Counted from the stretch's first letter, positions 22,005 to 32,050 are shown. The stretch: 64,000 nt of DNA from an uncultured Acidobacteriota bacterium (GCA_963804995.1 CAWDSK010000001.1:224001-288000); one strand, 5' to 3'. Notes: a model not told the origin generated them from the sequence alone. A program made the numbers and translations.

Positions 22005-22525
22005 TTGCTTTTTCGGCTCCGGCTTCGCCTTCGCAATCGCCTTCACCGCATCCTCAAACTTCATCGGGTATAGGCTGAGTTTCGGTTCATAGCAGGTAGC
22101 GGAGAGTCTCGCCTGCCAGAGACTCTGCGGCTTTTCCACGATTCAACATCAAGCGGGGTAGCGCAGAGGTAAGCGTAGTTTGCTTTCCTCTGCGGCTCGT
22201 GATATCGGAATCTCAACTTATTCGTTGCCAAGCAATGAGAAAGCACCGCGGAGGAATTCGGCTCGGAGCCAAATACCTCCGCGCTACCAGCTCTAGGTCA
22301 AACTGAATGCGAGGCTTAAACTGAGTGGTGTAGAGAAACCACCATCCGCTAGCCGCTATCGCCAATGCCTCAAGTACGTGGACTGCGAACTCAGCCGAGG
22401 TTTTGAGATCGCAAATTCCCATAGTAAACACATCCTTGCGACCGTACTGGCAGGAGAATACAATGTGCCACAACTCTGCACCGCCCATGAGGGAAGGCGG
22501 GTGGCGCTGGAAACCGGGGACAGGG

Positions 22526-23227
22526 TCACTCGTCGTCAAATGCACCGTTTGCGGTCATCCATGCCTCTGCTTCCTCTTCTGAAACGAACGGACCCTCAAG
22601 AGTGAGCGGCTGTGATTTCCAGTGCCACACGCGATCGAGCCATTCCATAGCCTTCTTCGGAGCCATCGAATCGACCTCCTCGTCTGATGTTGTGTTGGCG
22701 TCACCAATTTCCAGTAAATAAATTCGGCGACCCTTACTGTCTGTCAAATAGGACAGGTCTGCCCATTTGAGGTCTTGCTCCGACCGCAATCGCTCTTCAG
22801 CAGTCCGATAGCCATATTTTTGACGAGCAATCGCCAAGCGGTACGCTTTTTTCTCTTTAACCGTCAGGCAACTACCCTCCGTGATTTTCTTGAGCCTGCT
22901 CGACTGCTTGATGACCAGCCGTAGCAAGCGGCGGTTGAGCCTTTTCCAGTTGATCTTGATCGAATCAGGATCGCACTCATGATTCCATGTGAACGCATAT
23001 TCGTAATTGGCGCTACAATTGGGCTTCATGGCGTGTGCGAATTGATTGACCAATCCAATACAATCAATTAGTCGTCCATACCCTTGGTGGACAATCTCCA
23101 CCACAGCGTCAAGCACCTGTTGTTGCTGTTTCTTAATCAAAACCTCATTCCTTTTCTGTAGTGAATCGAAATCGAACCAATGTACTCGCATACTCTCGTG
23201 TGCTATTGGCGCAATGAACCAGCGCAA
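22526..23227 (-). CDS. Hypothetical protein
   Basis: 233-aa lower-GC ORF, no recognisable motif. Confidence 0.5.
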   Translation of the reverse strand: MRWFIAPIAHESMRVHWFDFDSLQKRNEVLIKKQQQQVLDAVVEIVHQGYGRLIDCIGLVNQFAHAMKPNCSANYEYAFTWNHECDPDSIKINWKRLNRRLLRLVIKQSSRLKKITEGSCLTVKEKKAYRLAIARQKYGYRTAEERLRSEQDLKWADLSYLTDSKGRRIYLLEIGDANTTSDEEVDSMAPKKAMEWLDRVWHWKSQPLTLEGPFVSEEEAEAWMTANGAFDDE

Positions 23228-23262
23228 TGGTTGATTTATGAACGGCGCAGCGGCGTCGGGCG

Positions 23263-23712
23263 TTACGTTATGCCGAACTTTGACAATTTGATATCGAAGT
23301 ATGGCCTCAGGATATGTTCCTCAAAAAGTGGCAGTTCGTCATCTGGAACAGGCGTAAACGTCGAATCATGGTTCGGTGCCCACCATTTGTCTGGTCCGCA
23401 GTAAGCGTCGCGCGAAATAGTAGACTTGATGGGACGATACGGTCGGTTGAGCCAGCCATCGCCCATCTTGGAGAAGAAGTTTGCCGGCCCGGATAACTGC
23501 CCGAGAACGTAAATGCCCTTGTTACCGTGGGTCAGATAAAAATAATCACCAATTGGTGCGAGCACGAAGTCTTCGCCCTGAGCATGCTGCGCATTGCCCT
23601 TGGCCGGGGTATCCTTATGGACGTATACGAGCCGCTCACTCAACCCCTCCAGAACTTGTCCGTAGCTGAATATTAAGGCTCCGTGGGACAGCTTCCAGAA
23701 TTTTGGTCGCAT
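23263..23712 (-). CDS. Hypothetical protein (aromatic-rich ~149-aa domain)
   Basis: MRPKFWKLSHG...IGDYFYLTHGN...KWWAPNHDSTF. Confidence 0.55.
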   Translation of the reverse strand: MRPKFWKLSHGALIFSYGQVLEGLSERLVYVHKDTPAKGNAQHAQGEDFVLAPIGDYFYLTHGNKGIYVLGQLSGPANFFSKMGDGWLNRPYRPIKSTISRDAYCGPDKWWAPNHDSTFTPVPDDELPLFEEHILRPYFDIKLSKFGIT

Positions 23713-23946
23713 AATTTTTCGGGCGAACGCATAACATCGCCCGCCTCCTATTTGGAATGACCCTTGCGCGAAATCGGCCTCATCTCTAAGACATATGATT
23801 GGGCGGCGGCCCGGGGCGGCAACTGGGGTCATTATAATCACTCGCCATTTGCCGGACAAGCGCTCGCCCAGACTGGCTTCACTTCGGGTGCCCCCCGGAC
23901 AACCAAGGCAAGCCAAACCCTCACACCTTCAAGGAAACCGCGACAG

Positions 23947-25715
23947 GAACGTGTGAAGAAATTAGCCTGAAAACCAACAAGAATGCCTAGGTGGAAAGTG
24001 GTAGGTCGGGTACACTGCGGGCATGACGACCAAGCCTCCGGTTACTCGACCTCGTTTGACTGCGGTGAATCGGTGCCAGATGGTGATGCGGGCGATTGAT
24101 GTGGAGCGACTGATTGAGGAAGATCACCCCGCGCGCTCGATTTGGGAGTTGGTAGGGCGGCTGGATCTGAGTCGGTATTATGCCGGCATCGCCGCCGTGG
24201 AGGGGCGGGCGGGGAGGGAGCACACCGATCCGCAGGTTTTGATCAGTCTCTGGCTGTATGCCTACAGCCGCGGGATCAGTTCGGCGCGCGAGATGGCGCG
24301 GCGGTGCGAATATGAACCGGCCTTTCAGTGGCTGTGCGGGCTGGAGCCGATCAGTCACCGCACGCTGTCCGGGTTTCGTTCCAGTCAAAAGGCGGCGCTG
24401 GACGATCTCTTCGTGCAGGTGCTGGGGATGCTGAGCGCCGAGGGTCTGATCACTCTGGAGCGCGTGACGCTGGACGGCACGAAGATCAAGGCCAATGCCG
24501 GCGGCAATACGTTCCGGCGCCAGCCGACGCTCGAAGCTCACCTGCAATTGGCCCGCGAACAAGTGCGGCTGATGGAGGAACAAGCGGCGGAAGAAGAGCA
24601 GATGGCCAGGCGGCAGGTGGCGGCGCGGCAGCGGGCCGCACGGCAACGCCGGAGCCGTTTGGAGGCTGCCGTACGCGAGGTCGAGCGCTTACAGCGCGAG
24701 AAAAAGGACGATCGCGACAGTTTTGTGGCCCGCGCCTCCAGCACCGACCCGGAAGCCCACGTCATGAGAAATGGCGAGGGCGGCACGGTTCCGAGCTACA
24801 ACGTGCAACTGCTGACGGACACCACGCACGGGCTGATCGTGAATGTGGAGGCGACCACCGATGCCATCGATCATCGCCAACTGGAACCGGCCCTCGACCG
24901 CTGCGCGCAAACGCTGGGACGCCATCCCCGGCAGATCGTTGCCGATGGCGACTACACCAATCACGCCTCGGTCGCGGCGGCGGCGAACTGCGGAGTGGAT
25001 TTTTATGGATCGTGGCAGGCGAGTTGGAAGCCCGGCGAACGCGACGCCCAAGGCCGCCGCGCCGCGTTTCTGGCCAGCGCCTTCCACTATCGTGCCGAGC
25101 ACGACAGCTTCACTTGCCCGGCGGGAGAAATCCTGACTCACCGTGCGATACAGAATCGCGGGCACGGGGTCCGCGTCCACGTCTATCGCGCGCCGCGGGA
25201 GGCTTGTCGTACGTGTACGTTACGCAGCCAGTGCGCCCCGCAAAAAGCGCGCTCCCAATGGGTCCGATCGATTACGCGCCTGGAGGAACCCGCGGCGACC
25301 CTGGCCTTCAAGGCCAAGATGGCCACGGAAGAAGCGCAGCGGATTTACGGTCAACGGTCGCGTATCGCCGAGTTCCCCCACGCCTGGATTAAAGAACGCT
25401 GCGGCCTGCGCCAGTTCCGCTGTCGCGGCCGCCTGAAAGCAACCCTGGAGGCAACGTGGGCGGCGCTGAGTTATAACCTGACCCGATGGTTCGCCCTGCA
25501 GCGACGGCCCACCCTGACCGATGCCGCCCTGGCGCCGGCGTAAGTGAAGAGCGCCAAAGCGCCACACGAGGATGAGGAAGAAATCATGCTGCCGCCGGTG
25601 CTCACCTGGCAACCTCACCCCCAGCCGCGATTACCCGCACCACGAAAGTGAAATCATCGTGCATCCCGACTTATCCCTATCCCGCGATTCTCAAAACACA
25701 TTTCTTCACACGTTC
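23947..25715 (+). mobile_element. IS1182-family insertion sequence
   Basis: Perfect IRs GAACGTGTGAAGAAA / TTTCTTCACACGTTC flanked by a CAG duplication. Confidence 0.88.
24023..25543 (+). CDS. IS1182-family transposase
   Basis: LIEEDHPAR, LWLYAYSRGISSAR, LDGTKIKANA, STDPEA, YNVQ, ADGDY, CPAG, RSRIAEFP. Confidence 0.92.
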   Translation: MTTKPPVTRPRLTAVNRCQMVMRAIDVERLIEEDHPARSIWELVGRLDLSRYYAGIAAVEGRAGREHTDPQVLISLWLYAYSRGISSAREMARRCEYEPAFQWLCGLEPISHRTLSGFRSSQKAALDDLFVQVLGMLSAEGLITLERVTLDGTKIKANAGGNTFRRQPTLEAHLQLAREQVRLMEEQAAEEEQMARRQVAARQRAARQRRSRLEAAVREVERLQREKKDDRDSFVARASSTDPEAHVMRNGEGGTVPSYNVQLLTDTTHGLIVNVEATTDAIDHRQLEPALDRCAQTLGRHPRQIVADGDYTNHASVAAAANCGVDFYGSWQASWKPGERDAQGRRAAFLASAFHYRAEHDSFTCPAGEILTHRAIQNRGHGVRVHVYRAPREACRTCTLRSQCAPQKARSQWVRSITRLEEPAATLAFKAKMATEEAQRIYGQRSRIAEFPHAWIKERCGLRQFRCRGRLKATLEATWAALSYNLTRWFALQRRPTLTDAALAPA

Positions 25716-25978
25716 CAGGCACCATATTTCCGATTTGCCGACATCATAGCTTCTGCCGCCTCCCACTAGGGATTAGGGATTGGGAATTGGGATCCTGTAA
25801 CCACCCCCGGCGCGAAGGCGCCGTCCCCCTTCCTTCACTGCGTTCAGAGCTTGCCCTGAACGAAGTGAAGGGACAAGCTCTGAATCAGGAGGGGGAGTCC
25901 GTCCGCCCTGGCAGCCTGTGGGGCGGAGCATCCGCCGGTTTTCCTCCGGGGAAAAGTGTCAGTGGGGAAAAGGGTCAG

Positions 25979-26107
25979 GAACGTGTGAAAAAATCGTCTA
26001 GAACCTTCTTACCGCGGAGACGCCGAGGCGCAGAGGGTAGAAAATAAAGGTCTTTTTCTCTGCGCCTCAGTGCCTCTGCGGTAAAATTGCTATTTCTTCA
26101 CAGCTTC
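25979..26107. mobile_element. MITE with IS1182-type ends
   Basis: GAACGTGTGAAAAAA...TTTCTTCACAGCTTC, CAG duplication, internal CGCAGAG hairpin. Confidence 0.8.
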
Positions 26108-26200
26108 CAGGTCCCTTTTTCCCCTGACACCTTTTTCCACCCCTCTCCCGTCATTTGGGGATTGCTCCCCGTATCCTTTTCGGGTACGATTGACCCCAGA

Positions 26201-26797
26201 ATGGGTACAGCTAGTACGCTTTCGGACACGCTTTTTGGGCGCACGCGTGGTGCGGTGTTGGCGGTTCTGTTTGGTCACGTCGGCGAGTCCTACTATTTAA
26301 GGCAACTTGCTCGTATGACAGGGATTGCGCTGGGGCCCGTGCAGCGGGAGTTGCGCCAGTTGGTCGACGCCGACCTGGTGATTAGAAAGACTTTGGGAAC
26401 GCACACCCTCTATAGCGCCAACCAGGCCAGTCCGGTCTATGCCGAGATGCGGAGCCTGGTGGCGAAGACGGTTGGGATCCACGACGTTCTCCTGGCGGCG
26501 CTCCAGCCCCTCGAAAGAAAAATCAACCTCGCTTTTGTGTACGGTTCAGTGGCGCGTTCCCGTGAGAGCCATCAAAGCGACGTCGATTTGATGATTGTGG
26601 GCAGGGTGCACTTCGCGGATGTGGTCGAGCGAATCGCAGAGGCGCAGAAAACGCTGAACCGAGAGATCAACCCTACGGTCTATACAGTCAAGGAATTCAC
26701 AAGCAGGGTACGCGGGAACTTCCTAAAGACTGTACTCGGCGAAAAAAAGCTCTTTCTCATCGGAGATGAGAATGTCCTTAGAGAACTGGGCCATTAA
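26201..26797 (+). CDS. HTH + minimal nucleotidyltransferase (MNT) antitoxin
   Basis: N-terminal wHTH (YYLRQLARMTG), YGSVAR...SDVDLMIVG, REINPTVY. Confidence 0.85.
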   Translation: MGTASTLSDTLFGRTRGAVLAVLFGHVGESYYLRQLARMTGIALGPVQRELRQLVDADLVIRKTLGTHTLYSANQASPVYAEMRSLVAKTVGIHDVLLAALQPLERKINLAFVYGSVARSRESHQSDVDLMIVGRVHFADVVERIAEAQKTLNREINPTVYTVKEFTSRVRGNFLKTVLGEKKLFLIGDENVLRELGH

Positions 26798-27054
26798 TAA
26801 ATGGCTTGAGAGGCTTGAGTCCGATCGTGAGGAGATCGAGCGCCTGCTTGCGAATGCCGATGGGCATCTCGCCGACTATGTAAAAGCTAATCCCTAAGCT
26901 CGATGCTTTACGCCGAAAGCGAAACACGGGCGCCTACGACGACTACGGGCTGGTGGCTCAGGGTGAGGCCGATCTGGCGGGCAAACTAGCGGTGCAAGTT
27001 CGCAAAGAGGTTGAGGACTGGATCCGCAAGAACCACGCTGACAAGATTACATGA
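26772..27054 (+). pseudogene. HEPN-like toxin partner with internal deletion/frameshift
   Basis: MSLENWAINKWL...EIERLLANAD, then shifted LDALRRKRNTGAYDDYG...VEDWIRKNH; middle missing. Confidence 0.65.
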
Positions 27055-27179
27055 TCGCTTCCAGGGCGCCTCACGCTTGTGGGCTGGCAACCTGTGGCTC
27101 GGAGCATCCGCCGGTTTCCCTCTGTATCACTAACCCGCGAATCTTCGCGGTGCGGCAAGATTTTGTGCCACGGGCATCT

Positions 27180-27328
27180 GAAGGTGTGAAGAAATAGACA
27201 ATCTCGCGCAGAGCCGCTGAGGCGCAGAGATTTTAAGCAAATAACTGGTTTGTTTTCTTTGCAGCCTCTGCGCCTCTGCGTCTCTGCGCGAGATGCTTTT
27301 GCTCGTTTAGGGATTTCTTCACAGCTTC
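27180..27328. mobile_element. Second MITE with IS1182-type ends
   Basis: GAAGGTGTGAAGAAA...TTTCTTCACAGCTTC, TCT duplication; empty site is the palindrome CACGGGCATCTTGCCCGTG. Confidence 0.8.
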
Positions 27329-27659
27329 TCTTGCCCGTGCTCGGGCATGGCCAGGACCCCGATGTATCGGGGCGGGTCGGCCATGGCACAGCTTTGGTTG
27401 CGGCTCTGCCGCGCTGTGCCTCCGTGGTGAAGGTTGGTTTGGGGGATTGGCCGCCCCTTCAGGGCTCGGGGTTGATGGGGGTTCCGTTGACCCAGGCCTT
27501 CGGCCGGGCTTTGTTAGGTCGCCCCCTTCGCTTTGCTCAGAGCTTGCCCCTTCGCTTTGCTCAGAGCTTGCCCTGAGCGCAGCGAATGGGGCAGGCTCTT
27601 TGGGGCTCAAAGACCGCTCGGGCAACTGCCACAGAGGTTGAAGTATTCCTTTCGCTTGC

Positions 27660-27880
27660 ATTTTGCCCGCAGCCTTAAGATCATGAAGGAGCAGTACACA
27701 CCCAGTCGTGAGTTAGGCGATACGAAAGACTTCCCGAAATTTGGACTAGCTGGCACGGCAATTTTGCTCGCGGCAAGAGGGCGCTATCTCGTTCTCACTG
27801 ACGATTTCCCTTTGGCCCAATACCTTGAAACCCAGGAAATAGATGTCATCAACTTCAACCCTCTGCGCACATTTAGCTGA
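27660..27880 (+). pseudogene. PIN-domain protein, C-terminal remnant
   Basis: FPKFGL...YLVLTDDFPLAQYL...IDVINFN. Confidence 0.5.
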
Positions 27881-28301
27881 TCGCTACGTGGCCGGCTGCA
27901 AAACGCCTGCTGGTCCTGATGTTTGTCCTCTTTATTATGGGCCTGGCTTGCGTGGCGCTTGCGCCCGTGGTGAAGTGAGATGTTGGAAATGAGCGAAACT
28001 CGAAAATCGAAATTCGAAAATCGCGGGCGTGGCGTCGAATTCCGAGTTTCGACTTCATCAGCTTCGCGGAATTGGGTGACATGACCCCCTCACCCCCCGG
28101 CCCCTCTCCCCCAAAGGGGCGAGGGGAGAGTTAATCTGAATTTGTCGCCCTCGGTCGCCGTGGCGACAGAGGGTGGACCGCCGCCGGCGTTTTTATCAGC
28201 CGGGGCGGGACGGGTGAGGGGGTTCTCTGATAATCAGCGAATTTCTGACTCTGGACACTAGCGAGTTTCGAATTTCGATTTTCGCTTAAGGAGGTGTTGG
28301 C

Positions 28302-29234
28302 GTGGGGAAATTTCTGGCATTATTCGCAATGCTCCTTCTTGTCTCCTGTCTTTCGAATGCGGCCGATGTGCCTCCAAAGATCCCCGTCATCCTCGACACG
28401 GACATCGGAACCGATATCGACGATGCCTTTGCCCTGGCGCTGATCATGAACAGCCCGGAGCTGCAATTGCTGGGCGTGACCACGGTTTCCGGCGATACCG
28501 CGGCGCGAGCGCGCCTGGCGGCCAGGTTCATGTGGGAGGCGGGCGGAAAATGGCGGCAGGTGCCGGTCGCTGCCGGCCGGCCGGGAACCGCGCAGCCCAT
28601 CGAGCAAACGCGTTGGGCCGATGGCTTCGTTAGCCCGCAAATCCTGAAGGAAAGCGCCGTGGATTTTCTGCGCGGCCAGTTCCACCACCGCCCGGGGGAA
28701 ATCACCCTGATCGCCATCGGGGAGCTCAGCAACGTGGCCGCGCTGCTCAAGGCTGACCCCGTGGTGGCAAAGAAAATCAAGCGCATCGTGTTGATGGGGG
28801 GGGCCATCGCGCGCGGGTACGAGGCAGGGTCCAAGCCTGACCCCGAATGGAACATCAAGTCGAATCCCGCCGCGGCGCAAGCGGTTTTCTCCTCCGGCAT
28901 CCCGATTGTCATGGCGCCGCTCGACGTAACCGCCATGCTGGGGCTGGACGCGGCAGCACGCAGCCGCATTTTCCAGCACGGCACGCCGATAACAAGCACC
29001 TTGGCCGCACTCTATCGTCTCTGGAACAAAGAAACGCCTATTCTCTTTGATCCCATGGCCGTGGCCCTGGTGATTGACCCAACGCTTTGCCAGACGAAAG
29101 ACCTGGCCATCGAAGTGGATGACCAGGGATTCACGCGCGTCGCGGAAGGCAAGCCTGCCAACGCCGCGGCCGGCATCGAAACCGATCCCGCCAAGTTTTT
29201 CGAGTTTTATTTGGGCCGGGTAGCGGGAAGGTAG
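28302..29234 (+). CDS. Nucleoside hydrolase (IUNH family) with signal peptide
   Basis: ILDTDIGTDIDDAFAL, IGELSNVA, LMGG, EWNIKSNP, LFDP. Confidence 0.9.
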   Translation: MGKFLALFAMLLLVSCLSNAADVPPKIPVILDTDIGTDIDDAFALALIMNSPELQLLGVTTVSGDTAARARLAARFMWEAGGKWRQVPVAAGRPGTAQPIEQTRWADGFVSPQILKESAVDFLRGQFHHRPGEITLIAIGELSNVAALLKADPVVAKKIKRIVLMGGAIARGYEAGSKPDPEWNIKSNPAAAQAVFSSGIPIVMAPLDVTAMLGLDAAARSRIFQHGTPITSTLAALYRLWNKETPILFDPMAVALVIDPTLCQTKDLAIEVDDQGFTRVAEGKPANAAAGIETDPAKFFEFYLGRVAGR

Positions 29235-29820
29235 GTTACAGGTTACAGGGGACAGGGAATAGGGAACAGGTTACAGGGGAGAGGGAACAGGGGACAGGGG
29301 ACAGGTTATAGAGAGCTATATCCCTCTGATTTGGCAGCTTCCTTCAAGCGGTTCCGAAGCGCCGTCAGCATCTTGCTGTTCTCTGTAATCAGGCCCGAGG
29401 CCACTGAAGCCTCACCTTCGGTAACGTAGCTGAGTCGAATAGCTAACATCAAGAAGGTTTCCGTTTCCATCAATGAGCCTTTAGCGATCGCAACGAAGTT
29501 TGCAAAATCCTTTCTTGTTGCGCGGGCGTGACCTTCCGCAATATTGGCGGGAACTGAGGCCGCGGCGCGGGTAATCTGGGCCACGAGCCGATAGGTCTCA
29601 GAGTGGGGAAGCTTTGCGGCGAGCTTGTAAATTTCTACGGCCAGATCCATTGCCTTTTGCCATACTGTCAAGTCACGATGTGATTGAACTGATTTTTCCA
29701 TGATTATTCCGTCCCGCTGGATAAGCGGCCCCCAACATTCTGGAACCTGTCCCCTGTAACCTGTTCCCTATCCCCTGTTCCCTATTCCCTGTTCCCTGTA
29801 ACCTGTCCCCTGTAACCTAC
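29231..29820. mobile_element. Four-helix-bundle gene cassette bracketed by inverted heptamer arrays
   Basis: Left array of GGTTACA/GGGGACA/GGGAACA/GGGAATA units, reverse-complement array on the right; ends GTAGGTTACAGG / CCTGTAACCTAC. Confidence 0.65.
29306..29701 (-). CDS. Four helix bundle protein (23S rRNA IVP / bAvd-like family)
   Basis: SHRDLTVWQKAMDL, E.Y.L..QI.RAAASVPANIAEG..R, IAKGSLMETET. Confidence 0.92.
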   Translation of the reverse strand: MEKSVQSHRDLTVWQKAMDLAVEIYKLAAKLPHSETYRLVAQITRAAASVPANIAEGHARATRKDFANFVAIAKGSLMETETFLMLAIRLSYVTEGEASVASGLITENSKMLTALRNRLKEAAKSEGYSSL

Positions 29821-31215
29821 TTGCAGCTTCGCATCGATCCGGTCGTGAATCCAATGCGGGTCCCACCATTCGACGGGGTTCACGGGAATACCATCGAGCA
29901 GCATGGTGAAGTGCAGGTGGTCGCCCGCGGCGAGTCCGGTCTGACCGCTGCGGCCGATCTCCTGCTCGCGTTTCACCTGATCGCCCTCTTTAACGCCGAT
30001 GAAACTCAAGTGGCCGTACAGACTCTGAAGGCCGCAGCCGTGATCGATGACCACCGCGTTTCCGAAAATCCCAAAGAATCCCGCAAACACGATGGTGCCG
30101 TCATTGGCCGCGCGCACGGGCATATGCTCCAGGCCTGCGAGGTCAAAGCCCAGGTGCGTCTGATGATCCACAGGCTGGCCGTCGTAAACATAAGTGCGGT
30201 AGTCAGCAAAGCTGGCTTCGGTTTTGGCGGCCAGGCGGAGGAAAGGCCCCTTCCACAAGAATCTTGGCGCCGTGCGTTGGGAGAAGGCCACAAGCTTGTG
30301 CGCGTCCTCCTGCCGAAGCGAGCCGTTGATGAGCAGGAAATTCTTGATCAAGCTTCCCTGGTCGCGAAGTTCGGGCGTCTGGCTCATGATGGGAGGGACA
30401 ACGTTCTCCAGAAATTTTCCGCCCTGGATCTTTCCCAGGTCGAGCGTGTCAGAGTGGAATTTCTTGGGAAAGACCTTGTAGTTGAAGTTGGCCACGGTTT
30501 CGTTGCCGGCATCGTCGCGAGCCACGACGCGCGCGGTGGTCGAAGGGTCAACGTTATAGGCGTAAGCAAAAAGGCACAGGCGTATTTCCGGCTGGGAAGC
30601 TTTCACAGGCCAACTGGGAAAAAAGGAGTCACCCACTTGCACGCCGGACTCCGCGGTTCCTGATGAGACTTTAAAAACCACCATATCGCAGCCGCCCTGG
30701 TTGATGTAGTGCAGCGTGGTCAGCACCTCAACTGCCGGCGGAGCAAATCGCACGGGCAGGTCCAACACTACTTCGCCACGCCCGCCACGAAAGAAGCGTC
30801 CCCAGGAATCATTGAGGGCGGTGATGCGCACCGTGGCACGGCCCTCTTTCAGTTCGGGAGCCACTTCGTGGCCCACTGGGATGGTCAGGGCAGCGGAACT
30901 CACCGGGCCGCCCGGCCAGAATCTCCACCAGGGATGCGGGCGGGCGGAAAAGGCCATGTTGGCTTGATGCACCACCTGGCCATTCTGCACCACCTCAACG
31001 GTCAGAGCCTTGAGGTTATGCTTCGCGTCCCGCGCTTCGAGGGTGAGGTCGGTGCGTTGCCCCAGGCCCTTGGGAGCTTTTTGGACGACTATCAGCGGCC
31101 CCTGGCGGCTTGCGACTTTCAAGATCAGGGCAAGAAGAACAACGCCCAGTACGACCACGAAAAAGACCACGGCCGCTCCGATCCCTCTTTCTGATTTGGC
31201 ACGAAGGTTAAGCAA
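29782..31215 (-). CDS. M23-family metallopeptidase
   Basis: HLGFDLA, GNAVVIDHG, SLYGHLS, GDHLHF; N-terminal TM. Confidence 0.9.
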   Translation of the reverse strand: MLNLRAKSERGIGAAVVFFVVVLGVVLLALILKVASRQGPLIVVQKAPKGLGQRTDLTLEARDAKHNLKALTVEVVQNGQVVHQANMAFSARPHPWWRFWPGGPVSSAALTIPVGHEVAPELKEGRATVRITALNDSWGRFFRGGRGEVVLDLPVRFAPPAVEVLTTLHYINQGGCDMVVFKVSSGTAESGVQVGDSFFPSWPVKASQPEIRLCLFAYAYNVDPSTTARVVARDDAGNETVANFNYKVFPKKFHSDTLDLGKIQGGKFLENVVPPIMSQTPELRDQGSLIKNFLLINGSLRQEDAHKLVAFSQRTAPRFLWKGPFLRLAAKTEASFADYRTYVYDGQPVDHQTHLGFDLAGLEHMPVRAANDGTIVFAGFFGIFGNAVVIDHGCGLQSLYGHLSFIGVKEGDQVKREQEIGRSGQTGLAAGDHLHFTMLLDGIPVNPVEWWDPHWIHDRIDAKLQVGYRGQVTGNRE

Positions 31216-31298
31216 TGAGTTCCTCCCTAAGAAGCGAAATTCGAAACTTGCCCCGAGTTTCGAGCTGCCATTTTCAAGTTGCGTCGTGCGGAATTGGC

Positions 31299-31940
31299 TC
31301 AGTCTGCGGGTTTCAGGACCTGAATGCGGAGGTTGCGAAAGTCCACGCGATTTGTGTGACTGGCAAGCCCGATGTAACCTTCGTTCGGAACCCTGCTGAG
31401 AGGACGTTGCTCGGCGAAGACAAACGCCGGGTCATTAAAGTCGATCTTATGAATCCGATTTCGATTCAGATAGACCGTCAGGCGGCGGCCGACGCAGGTT
31501 ATCTCGATTTCATTCCATTCGCCGGCTTTTCGGCCTACGCTATAAAGGGGGATGATGGCGCCGTAAACCGCTCCGGTGCTGTGCAGGTCCGTGGGCTGAC
31601 CTTCGTCATCAAGAACTGGTATTTCGAACCCGGTGAACGCGGGGTTTCCCTGTTCCGCAGCGCGCAGGAAGATCCCGCTGGCTGCGCCTTTGGTGAGCCG
31701 ATACTCAAGCCGCAAGACAAAGTCGGTGTAACGCCGGTCGGTCCGCAACCAGCCGCCCTTGCCCTCCGTCCACAGGAGATTGTTTTCGGCGTGCCAATCC
31801 GCCTCTCCCATGACGTGCCAACCAGCCAGACTCAAGCCGTCGAAGAGCGGGGCGAACCCCGGGTCATCAAGATCTTCGGCCGTTGAGGCGAACGCGAAAG
31901 CCAGAAACAGTATCAAGAAACAGCCGAGCTTCCTTAACAT
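31299..31940 (-). CDS. DUF1080 / 3-keto-disaccharide hydrolase family protein
   Basis: LFDGLSLAGW, DFVLRLEY, SGIFLR, GEWNEIEI, GYIGL, VDFRNLRI. Confidence 0.85.
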   Translation of the reverse strand: MLRKLGCFLILFLAFAFASTAEDLDDPGFAPLFDGLSLAGWHVMGEADWHAENNLLWTEGKGGWLRTDRRYTDFVLRLEYRLTKGAASGIFLRAAEQGNPAFTGFEIPVLDDEGQPTDLHSTGAVYGAIIPLYSVGRKAGEWNEIEITCVGRRLTVYLNRNRIHKIDFNDPAFVFAEQRPLSRVPNEGYIGLASHTNRVDFRNLRIQVLKPAD

Positions 31941-32050
31941 CCCGGGTGACACTCCCCACAAGATGGCCCTAACCCCCGAGCCTATGTTACAAGATACAAG
32001 ATACAAGAAACGGGCGCGAATTCCCAATTCGAAATAAAACAGGTGAAATA

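Larger units (their letters stand above)
16214..27978. mobile_element. Putative genomic island bounded by a duplicated 3' end of the transporter gene
   Basis: 16127-16213 repeated with divergence at 27892-27978; cargo of TA modules, IS, MITEs and low-GC ORFs; no integrase seen. Confidence 0.6.

Noticed and set aside
19400..27900. Integron cassette array
   Set aside because: No integrase and no recurring attC (RYYYAAC…GTTRRRY) pattern; genes lie in both orientations
9167..29701. DGR (RT plus Avd-like four-helix protein) or retron
   Set aside because: The RT lies within a complete group II intron with domains V/VI; no TR/VR pair or msr-msd; the four-helix gene is 19 kb away
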